DNA of 63,763 bases, counting the filler, from Squatina squatina (taxonomy: Eukaryota): the NCBI GenBank assembly GCA_031763465.1. It is 4 parts of 4 records of this genome, joined end to end, with 100 filler letters (N's around TTAATTAATTAA, not from the genome) between each part and the next. Parts side by side here need not be neighbours in the genome. Positions count along the whole stretch, not along the records: positions 1 to 19,562 come from JARFOE010000100.1; 3 more parts are not named here. The stretch is one strand, 5' to 3'. This document shows positions 1 to 12,868 of the stretch, piece by piece. The translations under genes and the position numbers were made by a program. Numbering within the stretch: the stretch's first letter is position 1; every line of letters starts with the position of its first letter. Under the pieces are notes generated by a model. That model searched no databases and was not told the origin of the DNA. It saw nothing but the letters and a program-made list of their open reading frames with translations.

Positions 1-2402
1 GCCTCCTTCGGCGCTGTAAAATTCGATCTCTCTGATCTTTCTATCGATAGGTATGTCTGTATATATAATTATACATGTAGGCTGCTATCATCATTGTCGA
101 CGGCATCAGAATTTATTCATTTTGTACTTCTCTCAAAACGAACTCATTCGACACCAAGCACATAAATGTAGCCGAATTACTGGCTGATAGTCTGTCACTT
201 TCCCTCAGACACCTGAAGGATGTTCGCACTGTATGTCTGCAGACAGGCACCATCAGTCGGGTGAAGCTGCAGTTAGCGGGCACGGCCAGTTCCTGGAACA
301 ATCTAGCTTTCAGTGCCTATTTACAGCAGCTGGGAAAGGTTCCTCGCACTTGTCATCTGACCCTTAACACTGGTCTGTTTTATTTCACACATTTTACTGA
401 ACACTCGCGTTTTGCTTGGCTGCACTTGCTGATACATTATTGCAAAAAGCATTCTTTATGAAATATAACTATATTAGTGTACCAAATATGTGATTTCATT
501 CTTTCACAGACAACTCAATACGTATAACATTTTCGGTGACACCTTTTCTCCCAGTAGAAACCTTTTCATTAACAGATAGTTACTTACAATGGCTCAAGCA
601 GTTTCACGTTGTATTTTCGTGAAGTGCATGTAAAGTAATTGCATTGCCTTTATGAATAAATCCTAGACATTACAACACTCTGGACATTTTACATAAATCT
701 GTGCAGCGAGCTGCCGATGTGAAATCTCTGCGATTTGTCACCGAGCCCCAGCAGTGACAGCCAGGGCCACCTGTAAACGCTCCAATAATTTGTAATTCTC
801 TTACATTTTTTGCCAAAAGGAATTGCGCTGCTGCGTGCGCTCGACTTACTTAAATTGAGTCAATAAACAAAGCGTGAAAAAGAACTTTGAAAGCAAATAT
901 CGTCCCACTTATTCGCTTCACTCCAAACACGCAATTAAACCTACATTTCCAGCAGAAATGATTGGAACGCGCGCCACTTTGATAGATACTTTTATACCAA
1001 ATTACTCGGAATGGGAAGTTCATGTTATTTGTTCTGGCTTTTGAACTTTGTGTGAACGAAAGTTAAAAAAAAGATTAAAATATTCAACAGCCTCCCACCC
1101 AGAAATGGTGGAAAATTGCACACCTAGGCAGCAGGTTCGGTTTCAGGGGTCTCATGCTCGGGGTGGGGGTGGGGAGTAGTCCACGGCAGGAGGGGCCTAA
1201 GCTTTCTTTGTGGGATCTGAAGGAGCATTCATTCTCCTGGCCCCACAAGGGAAGCAAACCAAAATAAACGTACCTGTTTGGTCCTCTTCTGGCCTTGGGT
1301 CATTTTTACCTGGTAGCAAAGCCACAACAGCTTCTCGCTCAGGCCATCCACTTCAAATNNNNNNNNNNNNNNNNNNNNNNNNNNNNNNNNNNNNNNNNNN
1401 NNNNNNNNNNNNNNNNNNNNNNNNNNNNNNNNNNNNNNNNNNNNNNNNNNNNNNNNNNGAATATAGACCATCTGGCAATTTTGCAGGAGGCAACAGGAGC
1501 CATTTTTTCCAGTCCACTAACTTAGTTATCAACTATATCACATAAAAGAATCCTACCAGAAAAGTTAAATTTTGAACACAAACTCTTCCCTTTATAAAAA
1601 CGCAACAGTACTTAAAAGATCAATACATTTGTAGCCTGAAATTGAGTATCAGATTCAAGCACTTCTGCTTTACATTTGTTACATTTAAATCACGGTGCCT
1701 TTTGCGGGAGGCTCGTCCGTGGCCTGATATTTGCACTTTAAAATTTAAATAGGTGGGAATGGGGTCGAGTTGAGGTCACGTTGTCTGATCTTGATATTTT
1801 AATCCCACACCCCCCCACCCGACTCCACCCCATCAAGGCCCTCTCCCACCAGTCGGGGCAGGGGTGGGGTGAGGTGAAAATCGAGGCCCTTGTTTCAGTA
1901 ATGTTCTCAGAATACACGGCCTGCTCTTTCTCATGAGATATTTCTATTTAAGGGAAACCAATTTCTCCTTGTGGAATTTTTACCATTCACTGACTGAAAA
2001 TTTAAAACTTTCGACTTGGCAATACATTTCAGAGAATGAGGTAGTAAAGTAATAAATCTGATGGGTTATCTGCTCCCATGGTACTCCTTGTGCATAGCGT
2101 TGATAGTTCCTGTCTATTCTGCTGTACTAATTAGATGGGACTGTACATACTGAAATGGATTTTAGAGGCATTCACAAAGTTGACACATTGCAAATGGTAT
2201 GTTGCAGGTGGGATTGGCTTGTGCTTTACAACTGGAAAACACTTCAGGCTAGTGGCAACTGAAGCAGTGAACTGAATCCTGCACTTTCCAGGGCAGGTGG
2301 CTGTCAAGATGTGCAGAATCTTCAGGTTCAGTGCTTACAATGAATGATTTAAAGTTAGGGATCGATCCTGCACTATGGCCATGTGAATCAGATACCTCGA
2401 AA

Positions 2403-3125
2403 GGGGGATCCCAATTCGACTGCACCCGAAAGGGCCACAGCATTCGGGGCCCCACAGCTGGAAGTGTGCCGAGCCACCAGTGAGGCACTGGGACGCAGCC
2501 TTGGTGACCTAATCATCATTTTGGGTCAGCTTAATGTGGAAAGGCTAAACCAGCATTGCCACGGCACTGACCCAGCTGATGCCATGATACTGCCAGGTTG
2601 TGCCGGCACACTGCCGCCACAACTGCGCATGCACAAGCTGCGGCTCTGCCCCCTGCCTTAAAGGCAAGATCTGCAGGTTTGAAGTAATCGACGGAGTCCA
2701 GCGCCACTGGATCACCAGGGACCCAGGTCCTAGCAAGAAAAATTGCCGGCGGGGGGCAACGACATAAACAATGCAATCGGCCGCCAGACACTGGCCGACA
2801 ATAAAGTCGGCTGATATTAAAAAATAGCGTCTGCTGGCGCACGACCCACACTTTTAATATGCCTCGGCAACGACAGGTGCAAGCTGTTGTTGCCAACACC
2901 TGTGGCGCCACGAGTGAGCCGGCCTCCAATTCCAGAGCCAGCACACCTGCAGCACACAGAGGATCGCTGGCCGGCATGTGATCTGATGACGTTGTGCATC
3001 CGACCCCGGCGCCAATGGCGACAAGGCCTAAGCGCCGCCGGGTTGCCAGGCCCAATAGTGCAAATCGTTACTTTTTCATTCTACGCTGCTTTCACCTGGG
3101 CGCGCTGGCAACCAATTGGGGTCCC
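2403..3125. mobile_element. GC/CpG-rich Harbinger-type MITE
   Basis: Imperfect TIRs GGGATCCCAATTCG / CCAATTGGGGTCCC; flanks AAA/TAA; abrupt GC rise; no credible ORF. Confidence 0.7.
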
Positions 3126-3126
3126 T

Positions 3127-3260
3127 AAGTTTGTGGCAGGGGCCAAAGATTACGACGTTGGTCTTACCAATGTTTAACTGGTGGAAACTGCAACTTATCC
3201 AAGACTCCATGTCAGACAAGTAGTCTGACAACACAGAGGCAGCAGAGTGGCTGAGAGAAG
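3127..3260 (-). mobile_element. L2 LINE RT fragment
   Basis: LSDYLSDMESWISCSFHQLNIGKTNVVIFGP, the L2 post-YADD region. Confidence 0.7.
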
Positions 3261-4239
3261 TGTTGGAGACGTACAACTGGGTTTTGTCAACATACATGTG
3301 GAACTTTACGTNNNNNNNNNNNNNNNNNNNNNNNNNNNNNNNNNNNNNNNNNNNNNNNNNNNNNNNNNNNNNNNNNNNNNNNNNNNNNNNNNNNNNNNNN
3401 NNNNNNNNNNNAAAAGGACAGTATAATCATAAAGTTTCCTGGATATAAAGTTTAATGTATAATTATGTCATTCTTTACTGCTTTTATCTGCTTATTCCGA
3501 GCACATTGTATCTGCTTGCTCAATTTGAAGGGATCAATGAGGGTATTTTAGCTGGAGAGCTGTGAAAGATGTTTAATGCATACTTTGCTCATAACAGCTT
3601 ATCACGTCCTTCAACTCCCTGGGAACACTTGAAAGTAAGTGAGACCAGTGTCTGCACACTTTCCAGCTGCAGCTGCAGGAACCAAAGCAACCAAAAAGAA
3701 CACTCCAGCTGTCGGACAGAACAGGTAGGCTTTATGGATGTGGGTGTTTACAGTACACAGAGACATCTGAGGAGTCACATCAGCTATCACTCTTGAAGCT
3801 GCCAATTCTCTTGCCAGATACAAGCAATTCTTGAGTTGTATGCCAGAGTGATGTAACCAGCCCCACAACAGATAGGACTGCGGTGTGTTTTGACCTTTAC
3901 TCACTGTTACGGCAGGTGACTTGTGATGGATGTCAGTGCCATCACTTGCGAGCTTGCCAGATTGGATCAGAATGCCATGTTTAAGCGAACACATGTGGCG
4001 GGGGAGGGGAGCTGTTCAAAGGCTCAGTCCAGCTGTTAGAAACAAGAGATAATTTCTATACTGCTCCAAATGNNNNNNNNNNNNNNNNNNNNNNNNNNNN
4101 NNNNNNNNNNNNNNNNNNNNNNNNNNNNNNNNNNNNNNNNNNNNNNNNNNNNNNNNNNNNNNNNNNNNNNNNAAAGCGCTTTACAGGCAACGAATGACTT
4201 TTGGAGTGTAGTCACTGTTGTAATGTATTGATGAATGGA

Positions 4240-5240
4240 TCCGTTGGAACAGAAGGCCCCTGTACTTTCAAGACATCCATTGAGCCTTGCAGACCCACAA
4301 TACAGTATTTGGGAGAACCCACTACGTATGTTGGTTAGCCCATGGTTCAAGATGGTGAGTAGAGATCAGTTGATCTCCAGGTGAATCTGCCAGCAACACA
4401 ATATCCCTTGTGGAAAAACTGTAGCAGTACTCCTCCAAGGCCATCCCTTGTGACACCATCCACCACATGAAGACACCAAATAGGATGAACAGTGGACAAC
4501 CTTGTATCACTCTTCTTTCAAGAGTGATAGATTCAGTGAATCTCCCATCTAAGCTAATGCAGATCTTAGACCTGGAGTACATGTCCCAGATAAAACCCAA
4601 GATTTGATTGTGCAATTGCACAGCTTCCAGATTCTTCATGAAGGTTACAAGAGGCAAGAAGTTAAATGCTTTCTGGAACTCAATGAAAGCAATTTAGCTG
4701 AGTTTCCCCTGATTCTTAAAACTTTTTCCAATCTCATCTAAAGTGACAAACTGTCCACATATTCCTCATGATGGTGAAATAAGGCCTATTTCTCGCAGAT
4801 TATTCTGTGGACCTCCACACCATCTGAAACGCATGCCATGACAACTTGAAGAACCAATTTAAGAGTCATTGATATTAGTGAGATTAAGTCATTTCTGCAC
4901 TTGCTTCTTGTGGATAGGAACGACCAATACACTCTGGAACACTGAATGTTTCATACCTCAAACAGAATTCTGTATACCAGCCTCATAACAACAGTTCCAA
5001 AACAAGTCAGTAGTTTCTGGTAGTCTCCAAAATCAGCCCAGAGCAGTTTTTAGGAATTCCTCATGGATACCATCCACGCCTGCTGCTCTACCATTAGTTA
5101 AACGAATCAGTGTGGAGTTCATTGGTTCAGAACATGTCTCAAGAAAAAACCCCAGATAAGATGCCTGGAGTGTCTGGCACCAGCTGCTTTGCTCAGCTCG
5201 CCACAGCATGCCAGTATCCAGTCCACATGTTCGATTCATG
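4240..5240 (-). mobile_element. Ancient non-LTR retrotransposon RT relic, not CR1/L2-like
   Basis: Ordered RT motifs GRAAGVDGIHEEFLK, VVPIHKK, ISLISMTLKL, IAFIEFQKAFN, VIQGCPL, DIVLLADS; many stops and frameshifts. Confidence 0.8.
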
Positions 5241-5678
5241 TTAAGCCCTCAGGTGTTAAATGGCTGTGTGTGAAGACATTCCTTTGTTTCAGACTTTGCA
5301 CATGAAGAAATATTCAATCTGGAGAGGAAATGTAAAAGTGGAAATCTAACAGACGGTGAGAGTCGGATCATGTTAACCTTTCTGAGAGATTCAGGGTGCA
5401 ATTCTCCTTTTTTCCACCTAGAACATAATTGGCCTGACAACTGGACAAAAATGAGCAGCCAGCACCAGTAACCTATATTCATCCAAATATGACCATTCCC
5501 TCTCTGTGTGCAATCCACCCTGTTTCAACATTAACTGTAATATCATCTCCTCATAGAATGACATATAAAGTACATGACCATTTCATCCAAAATTTCTTGA
5601 TTTATAAGATAATTGATTTTTCACATAAAAATATGAAATTGCATTGTTTAGATTCTTGTTTAAGAACTTGTGGGTGTT

Positions 5679-5714
5679 TGTGTGTGTGTGTGTGTGCGTG
5701 TATGTGTGTGCGTG
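5679..5714. repeat. (TG)n microsatellite
   Basis: Seen directly. Confidence 0.9.
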
Positions 5715-6250
5715 AACGAGCATATGCAGGTATTCCACATTGCAGGGAATTCTCCAGCCAATATTTTTTACTTTTTGCCTTACTCAGTTATTTAGGTTTT
5801 ACGATTTGTTTCGATTTAAAGGGCAGATAATTTGTGCTTTAAGGTAACTTCAAAGTAAATATAATCATGGCATCAGGAGAAACAAAAGAAAATCATAAAA
5901 ATAGGTCTTTTGTCAGTGTAAATAAGATTGCTTTGATAATAGTCACTACTATCTCCACCTGAGAGGGCAGATGGGGTCTCGGTTTAATGTCTCAAATGAA
6001 AGACAGCACGCCCAACAGNNNNNNNNNNNNNNNNNNNNNNNNNNNNNNNNNNNNNNNNNNNNNNNNNNNNNNNNNNNNNNNNNNNNNNNNNNNNNNNNNN
6101 NNNNNNNNNNNNNNNNNNCTTTTCTTGGAATACGATTGTATGATTCAAAATATTCATCACAATATTTATAAAGGTTTGTGCACGTAGTAGGACACATGGT
6201 TATTTTAAACATGATTACTCAATAGCATTAATCATGCACCCATGCCTTTC

Positions 6251-6690
6251 TTACATAGCAATGACCTTGCGTTTCTTCCAGAACTCTCCAGTCCCTTCCA
6301 GAATAGCCTGTTCTGCCAAGCTTTTGCAGCATTCAGGCGTGAAACCAATTAATGCCGTACCAACTGTTGTAACTCCATGGGTGTCAGCCAATTTTTTAAT
6401 CTGCCTCTCTATGGATCTTGGAGAAACGTACCAGTATTCTTCCCCCTGAATGTAATAAGAAATATATGTCTTGCTTTCTTCTGTCAGCGATGATGAAGGG
6501 CCATCTTTAAAGCTCTCCACATTGCAGGCTATCTCCACAGTACCTTCATGAGGAAAGGCCATTGCCTGAATGCCTCGAAGACCCCCAACATTCGCTCCTC
6601 GGATAGCACTGGCAATTTGCTGACCAATGTTCAAATCCTGCGTGTCTATAGTCACATTGCAGTTCATAACATATGGACTGGCACCAATTC
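6251..6690 (-). CDS. FTCDNL1: Terminal coding exon of formiminotransferase cyclodeaminase N-terminal-like protein
   Basis: Acceptor ttttttag precedes 6690. Reads (G)IGASPYVMNCNVTIDTQDL...GGLRGIQAMAFPHEGTVEIACNVES...VGTALIGFTPE...FWKKRKVIAM* with no stops; formiminotransferase-like; lies next to C2orf69 as in human. Confidence 0.88.
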
Positions 6691-6850
6691 CTAAAAAAAC
6701 AAAAGGAAATTACATTCTAAATAGATGGTACTTATCAGAAACTGTGATCANNNNNNNNNNNNNNNNNNNNNNNNNNNNNNNNNNNNNNNNNNNNNNNNNN
6801 NNNNNNNNNNNNNNNNNNNNNNNNNNNNNNNNNNNNNNNNNNNNNNNNNN

Positions 6851-7005
6851 CAGAACCAATGCCTCCTTCCTCATTCAGCTGGAAATATACTGATCAAAAA
6901 AGTTCTCCAGAACACACTTGAGAAATTCTTCCCCCTCTCTGCTCTTTACACTATTACTATCCCAGTCTATATTAGGATAGTTGAAGTCCCCCATTATTAC
7001 TACCC
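6851..7005 (-). mobile_element. CR1 LINE endonuclease fragment
   Basis: Reverse strand reads RVVIMGDFNYPNIDWDSNSVKSREGEEFLKCVLENFFDQY. Confidence 0.8.
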
Positions 7006-9045
7006 TATAGTAGAGTAGCAGTATCTTGACTAAGAAACCCAAATTCAAATCCCAGTCCGACTGACAATTGCATTGGACTTACTCAGGTAAGAGTTTCTTA
7101 CCTTTGGCCAGGTTGTCCAGGAGAGAAAGCTGTTCAGGGCAGGGTCTTTCCTAAATTACCTAATCACATCTCTCAATGGATCTGTCAAAGAACAGCATGA
7201 ATACAATTCAACCAACGAATACAATATGGACAAGGGGAGCTAATAACTTTGAACACAATTGTTCATAACAAAAGATATCTTTATTTTTATTTTCACATTT
7301 ACTTACGTTGCTTTTAGGATTATTCTTTGTCATCCATTTTGTTCCAATAATCAGTTATTGCGTAAAATGAACTTATGCATTAGTGAAGTAATCTTCAATG
7401 TGGTTGTAAGCAACCATGCCAAGGATCAAAATCAAAGACAAAGCTCACATCTTTAATTGAGGAGGTCTGTACTTAATTCTATGGTGCAATACTGAGATAT
7501 GTATTATTACTATTCAATTATGCCTTAATATTAGAGAAAAAAGATGCTATATTTAACTCCAGATGTGAAATTCATAGTTTCAGTAATTTCAATCTGTAGC
7601 AGCATTTGCTACAGAAACATTTGTAATATTCTGGGTTACTATAAGTAAAGCCCTGATCTAAATTACTAATGGTAGATTTTTTTTAAATTATCAATTTCTG
7701 CATCTCTTTTTTAAAATTATAATGTTCAAATTGAAGGGGACACTGCCTCAAAGTTTTCAGTTCTAATTGAACACAGAATCAACATTAGCCTTTTAGTGAA
7801 AGTATTGTAAGAAAAAAAAATTGGTCTCCACTGGCCACAATTACCAAAGGCAACGTGCATTGCTGTGGACATTGCCAGGACAGTGCTAACACCAGACTAA
7901 TAGGTCAAGCTGTGCGTGCCGTCATATACTTCCAGCCCATAACTGAGTCTTATAATACTCTCAATTTTGGCTTCTTAATTTTTATAATAAATATAGATGA
8001 GTTTTTTTTTTAACTTTAGTGGTCAGAAATTTGCTTCAGTACTGATAGTTTGTAACATATTGGTACCAGTACACAAAAGAAAACCTCATATTTAAGCCGC
8101 TGGGTTTCAGCGTTCTATAATTTTCCTAATTCATCACCTCAAATGGTTCCCGTGTCTGCCTCCACTATCGACTGACCTGAATCCACCAGTACACAGCTCA
8201 AAATCCTTTCTGAAGGAATAAATCAAGTTTGAAAGTACACAAATCTATAAATTCACTGCAGGATGCCTGTCACTGTGGAGGTGGACATATGCATCACTGA
8301 AATCCCAATGCACATGTTGTTGTCTTAGTGAAATAGATCAGTAGATGTTTATTGCAAGGATACTGGGATATAGCCTCTCTTCTAAATTTATACCCCTTTT
8401 GTTTAAATATATAGACACGTGGGGTAGGTGGGAAAAGAAAAACCGATTGCACTGCCCAGGAAGACCACGATAAGCCGTATGTGTGTGACAGTAAGTAATG
8501 TGTTGCAGTGGTTACAAGTGGAAATGTCCCCTTCCTGCTCCCTCTCGACAGCCCTTCTCTTGCATGTATTAAAAGTGTCTCATCTCCTCTTTGCTCTGCT
8601 ACCTTTTATGTCTGTCTTCTGTGAAATTCACTCCTTTTTCTCTTGTTTCTTCTTCTCTGTTTCAGATAGTTACAAACAAAAGCATAACTCAAAAACATCT
8701 GACAAAGGTACTTCGCAGTTGCCTGTTTGGTCTATGAGTAACTGTGCATAGACTGCAGCTGTGGTGTTTTGCTTCTTGCCTATTTTTAATTTACCTTTTG
8801 TGTATTTTTATTTTTTATTCATAATATGTCCTTGATTATTTCACTCTACTAAAGCGATTAACTTTTTAAAAAAGAACCCAATTAAAAGATGTTCTCACTA
8901 TGGTAATTGTACATGACTAATGTGCCACTTTCTTATCCTCCTTTGNNNNNNNNNNNNNNNNNNNNNNNNNNNNNNNNNNNNNNNNNNNNNNNNNNNNNNN
9001 NNNNNNNNNNNNNNNNNNNNNNNNNNNNNNNNNNNNNNNNNNNNN

Positions 9046-9651
9046 ATCCTGCAGTCACAGACAAATCCTGGGGAAAGCGCTCATGGTTCATTTGCAGTTG
9101 CACCTGATGAAGGCTCCAGTACACATTGTGAAACTGCAAATGGTTTTGCAGTTAAGAATGAGCTGAGTACTACAGGTCTGGAGTGCTCTCATCCTGGAAG
9201 ATGCACCGAGAGTGAAGTCTTGAAATGTACCGATCCTTCACTGAAATTTATATTGATTGGTTTCAGCAAAGGTTGCGTGGTTTTGAATCAGCTGCTGTAC
9301 GCATTGAGTGAAGCAAAAAAAGATGAGGAACTAGCTGCCTTCATTAATAATATCAAAGAGATGTATTGGTTGGATGGTGGTCACGCTGGGGGAAGCAACA
9401 CCTGGGTCACCAGTCCTGGAATCTTGAAGGCATTTGCCCAGACAAGTATTCCTGTGCACGCACACGTTACACCTTATCAAGTGCGGGACGACATGAGGGC
9501 TTGGATTGGAAAAGAGCACAAGAAATTCATCCGGCTCCTTGTGGAGTATGGTGCAAAAGTGACGAACCAACTTCATTTTGAGAACCAAACCCCTTCTGTG
9601 GATAATCACTTTAGGGTGCTTCAAGTGTTCAAAGATGCTTTGGATCCATAG
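9046..9651 (+). CDS. C2orf69: 3' part of last coding exon of C2orf69 (UPF0565, mitochondrial, predicted esterase fold); 5' end lost in gap
   Basis: ORF has LIGFSKGCVVLNQLL, MYWLDGGHAGGSNTWVT, HVTPYQVRD, WIGKEHKKF and NHFRV, all characteristic of C2orf69; ends at TAG 9651. Confidence 0.95.
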   Translation: MLQSQTNPGESAHGSFAVAPDEGSSTHCETANGFAVKNELSTTGLECSHPGRCTESEVLKCTDPSLKFILIGFSKGCVVLNQLLYALSEAKKDEELAAFINNIKEMYWLDGGHAGGSNTWVTSPGILKAFAQTSIPVHAHVTPYQVRDDMRAWIGKEHKKFIRLLVEYGAKVTNQLHFENQTPSVDNHFRVLQVFKDALDP

Positions 9652-10079
9652 TGACGGAATTATTCCACGATGCTGGGTTTCATCTGTTCTCGGTGAAACC
9701 GAGTAGAAAAATGCTTACAAGTAAAACGGACACATGAGAAATGCATTTAATAGTTTGAGGGCTAATTGATTACATGTAATTTTGCCTACCACGATTCTCT
9801 AATAGAGACTGATCTCTGTTTTTTGTACGTTGNNNNNNNNNNNNNNNNNNNNNNNNNNNNNNNNNNNNNNNNNNNNNNNNNNNNNNNNNNNNNNNNNNNN
9901 NNNNNNNNNNNNNNNNNNNNNNNNNNNNNNNNTAAAGAAATGCAAAGATTGACCTATTTATTGAAAAGACTATACCCAAGGAAAAATTTAAATGGTGGTC
10001 AAAGGTTCTGAATTTTTCCAGAGAGGGTCTGAAGGGTACCAAGTAGCCTGAATTACAGCATATGTTTACATTGACAAAA

Positions 10080-10460
10080 TTCACTACAATGAGGACCGTG
10101 CATTTGAAATGTGGTCACTGTTGTAATATAGGAAGATGTGGCAGCCGCTTTGCCCACAGCAAGGAGATAAATGATCAGATAATCTATTTTTGTTTGTGTT
10201 AGTTGAGGGATAATGCTGGCCAGGACACGAAGCAACTTCCCTGCTCTTTTGAATAATGCCATGGGATCCTTTACATCCACCCAAGAGGGCAGATGGGGCC
10301 TCTGTCTAACATCTCATCTGAAACATGGCATCTCTGACAGTGCAGCACTGCCTAAGTAATGCACTGAAGTGTCAGTCTAGATTTTGTGTTCAAGTTTCTG
10401 GAGTGCGGCGAACACATGACCTTCTGACTCAGAGGCGAGAGTGCTACCACTTAGCCAAGA
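10080..10460 (-). mobile_element. tRNA-derived Deu-domain SINE (SacSINE1-like), near full length
   Basis: Reverse strand: tRNA-like head TGGCTAAGTGGTAGCACTCTCGCCTCTGAGTCAGAAGGTC, then Deu-type core GGATCCCATGGCATTATTC...; further fragments near 5955, 43790, 57620. Confidence 0.8.
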
Positions 10461-11878
10461 CTGACCTTCACTATTAGTTAATTTTAACAGCATGAAAACA
10501 ACTTTTTATGACCTCCGGTTATTAATGTGATGAAAGAATTTACTAATGTTTTGATGGCCTATTTTGAAACTAAAATCAAGTGCTGAAAAGATTACCTGGA
10601 ATGAAAAGCACGTCACTTGGATCTAAGTGACATTCATAGCCCTGGGCTTGAGCAAATTGTGGATATTTTCCTAGATCAGGAGTATCCATGTCTAAGACCT
10701 CAGACTTATCACCTGTGCAAAGTTAGAAAAAAAACTAAAGTGAAGACTATAGTACATTATAAAACGATCAGCAGAAATTAAAAGAACAATTACCATTATT
10801 TATTTGAAGATTTTAAATTATAAAATACCAATATCCATATGGATTGATTTTATATATTGTACATTTTTCTATTGAAACTGGAGACAATCCTAGTTTGTAT
10901 AGATATCATTAGTAGAACATGGCATGTCATTAACGAAAACAAAAGCAGTATGAGTGAGTGTGGGTTGGGAAACCTGTAAGGAAGAGATACATTTTTTGCC
11001 TTGGCACTCAGTGGTATTTACTGGAACTACACTGTGACCATTGGAGTGTTGGTATAGTGATTTTCTTCTCTTCTGTACAGCAACTGCTTTAAATACTGAT
11101 CTTATTTACATTAATGTTTTATACTTTTAAGGAATAGGTTCACGACATGGAAAATGCCCTGTTTCTCTACCTTTCACTAGCCCTTTATTTGCTATGTTCA
11201 TTTCTTTAAATTGCTTCCACTGAATTAAAGAGGCAAAGTCCTGATAAAGTGATGCAATGATGTCCCAGCATTTCCAATTGTATCTGCCAATAAACGATAA
11301 TACTTTGTTGAAAGTAGTTTTAAAAAATCCGTGTGCAAACCNNNNNNNNNNNNNNNNNNNNNNNNNNNNNNNNNNNNNNNNNNNNNNNNNNNNNNNNNNN
11401 NNNNNNNNNNNNNNNNNNNNNNNNNNNNNNNNNNNNNNNNNGCAGACTGGCTCCTACGTGTGCCTACATTACAAAAGTATGTTGGACGTGAAGTGCTTTG
11501 AGACATGAAAAGTATGATATAAATGCAAGTTCTTTCTTTAACTGAGGTGACATTAAGCTTTCATACATGTTTAATGATAAATTTTTGTACCAGGCTGGAT
11601 AATGTGTAATTTAAGGTTAAATTACACATTTGATTTCAACATATATACCATATAGGAGTGACAGGCTGACATGGATTGTCTAGTTGCCTGACCCCATGGC
11701 TACCACCATGAAAGTAGCCTCATCCTGAATTGTCTAACATGTCCATAGCAGTATGTACAACAATGCCAACAGATTCATTGTATTAATGCATGCTCCTACA
11801 AATGACATGTAAGCAAATGCCCACCGCATCAACATGTAAACCAGAACAAAGCATCACAGTATTAGTCATGTTACATAC

Positions 11879-12016
11879 ATCATAATGAGTCCAGAGCTGT
11901 AGGCCTGGTGAGCTGATTCGAAAAACACTGGAGAAAAACTGATTCTTCTCAAAGAACTCCGGGATGTTGATGTCCTCAGCCAGAGATGGGAACTGTTTTG
12001 TGATATCTGCAATATC
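11879..12016 (-). CDS. TYW5: TYW5 (tRNA wybutosine hydroxylase, JmjC) internal exon, 138 bp
   Basis: cag|[46 protein letters not shown]|gtatgt; ends with the JmjC HxD iron-ligand motif. Confidence 0.96.
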
Positions 12017-12126
12017 CTGTTTTTAAATCAGAAAAGGAAGATGTTGTCAGCTATTTCTTTGATATACAAACTAATAGAAATATAATTAGCTTTGGAAAAT
12101 AACAGCTACAGTAAGACATAATAGTG

Positions 12127-12455
12127 AAAACAACAACAACAACTTGTACTTATATAGTGCCTTTAACGTAGTGAAACGTGCCAAGTTGTTTCACAGGAGT
12201 ATTGAGATTAAACTTTTGACACCGAGCCACATAAGGAGAAATTAGGGCAGGTGACCAAAAGCTTAGCAAAAGAGGTAGGTTTTAAGGAGGGTCTTGAAGG
12301 AGGAAAGAGAGTTACAGAGGCGGAGAGGTTTAGGCAGGGAATTGCAGAGCTTAGGGCCTAGACAACAGAAGGCACGGCCCCCAGTGGTTGAGCAATTACA
12401 ATCAGGTGCTCAAGAGGGCAGAATTAGAGGAGCGCAGACATCTCGGGGCTGAAGG
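12127..12455 (-). mobile_element. L2-type LINE 3' end
   Basis: (CAA)n tail followed by TTATATAGTGCCTTTAACGTAG...GGTGACCAAAAGCTT...GTAGGTTTTAAGGAG; inverse homologue at 31355-31530. Confidence 0.7.
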
Positions 12456-12847
12456 NNNNNNNNNNNNNNNNNNNNNNNNNNNNNNNNNNNNNNNNNNNNN
12501 NNNNNNNNNNNNNNNNNNNNNNNNNNNNNNNNNNNNNNNNNNNNNNNNNNNNNNNTGGAGGAAAAATGTCAGCATTGCTCACTATCCAGTTAGATATTGT
12601 GCATGGGTGAAAGTTCAGCAAGGGTGGGATCAAACCTGGTCAAATAACCCACAAGCACTGATTGTCCAAGCTGGTAGCACAATCACTTGTGCAAGTTAAC
12701 GAAAGATACCTCCCAGTGCCCGTTGAATAAAACCTAGCATGTCAGTGACTTCATGAGAGGAGTAGAGAAAACTAGAAAAAAATAAGATGCAAGAGTAGTG
12801 GTTTAGGAGCAGCAGATTGTGAAATATTTGACTGTTTAGTCACTCAC

Positions 12848-12868
12848 CTTNNNNNNNNNNTTTTCATC
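12848..12868 (-). CDS. TYW5: TYW5 short exon (DEK...K), middle replaced by a 10-N gap
   Basis: gtttag|GAT GAA AA nnnnnnnnnn AAG|gtgagt; matches both ends of the DEKYYLRSLGEDPRK exon expected between the flanking exons, phase 0/0. Confidence 0.8.

Noticed and set aside
7102-7150. Minus-strand AG/GT-bounded 49-bp segment (ERPCPEQLSLLDNLAK) upstream of the FTCDNL1 exon
   Set aside because: No resemblance to FTCDNL1 that I recognise and a weak pyrimidine tract; likely chance.
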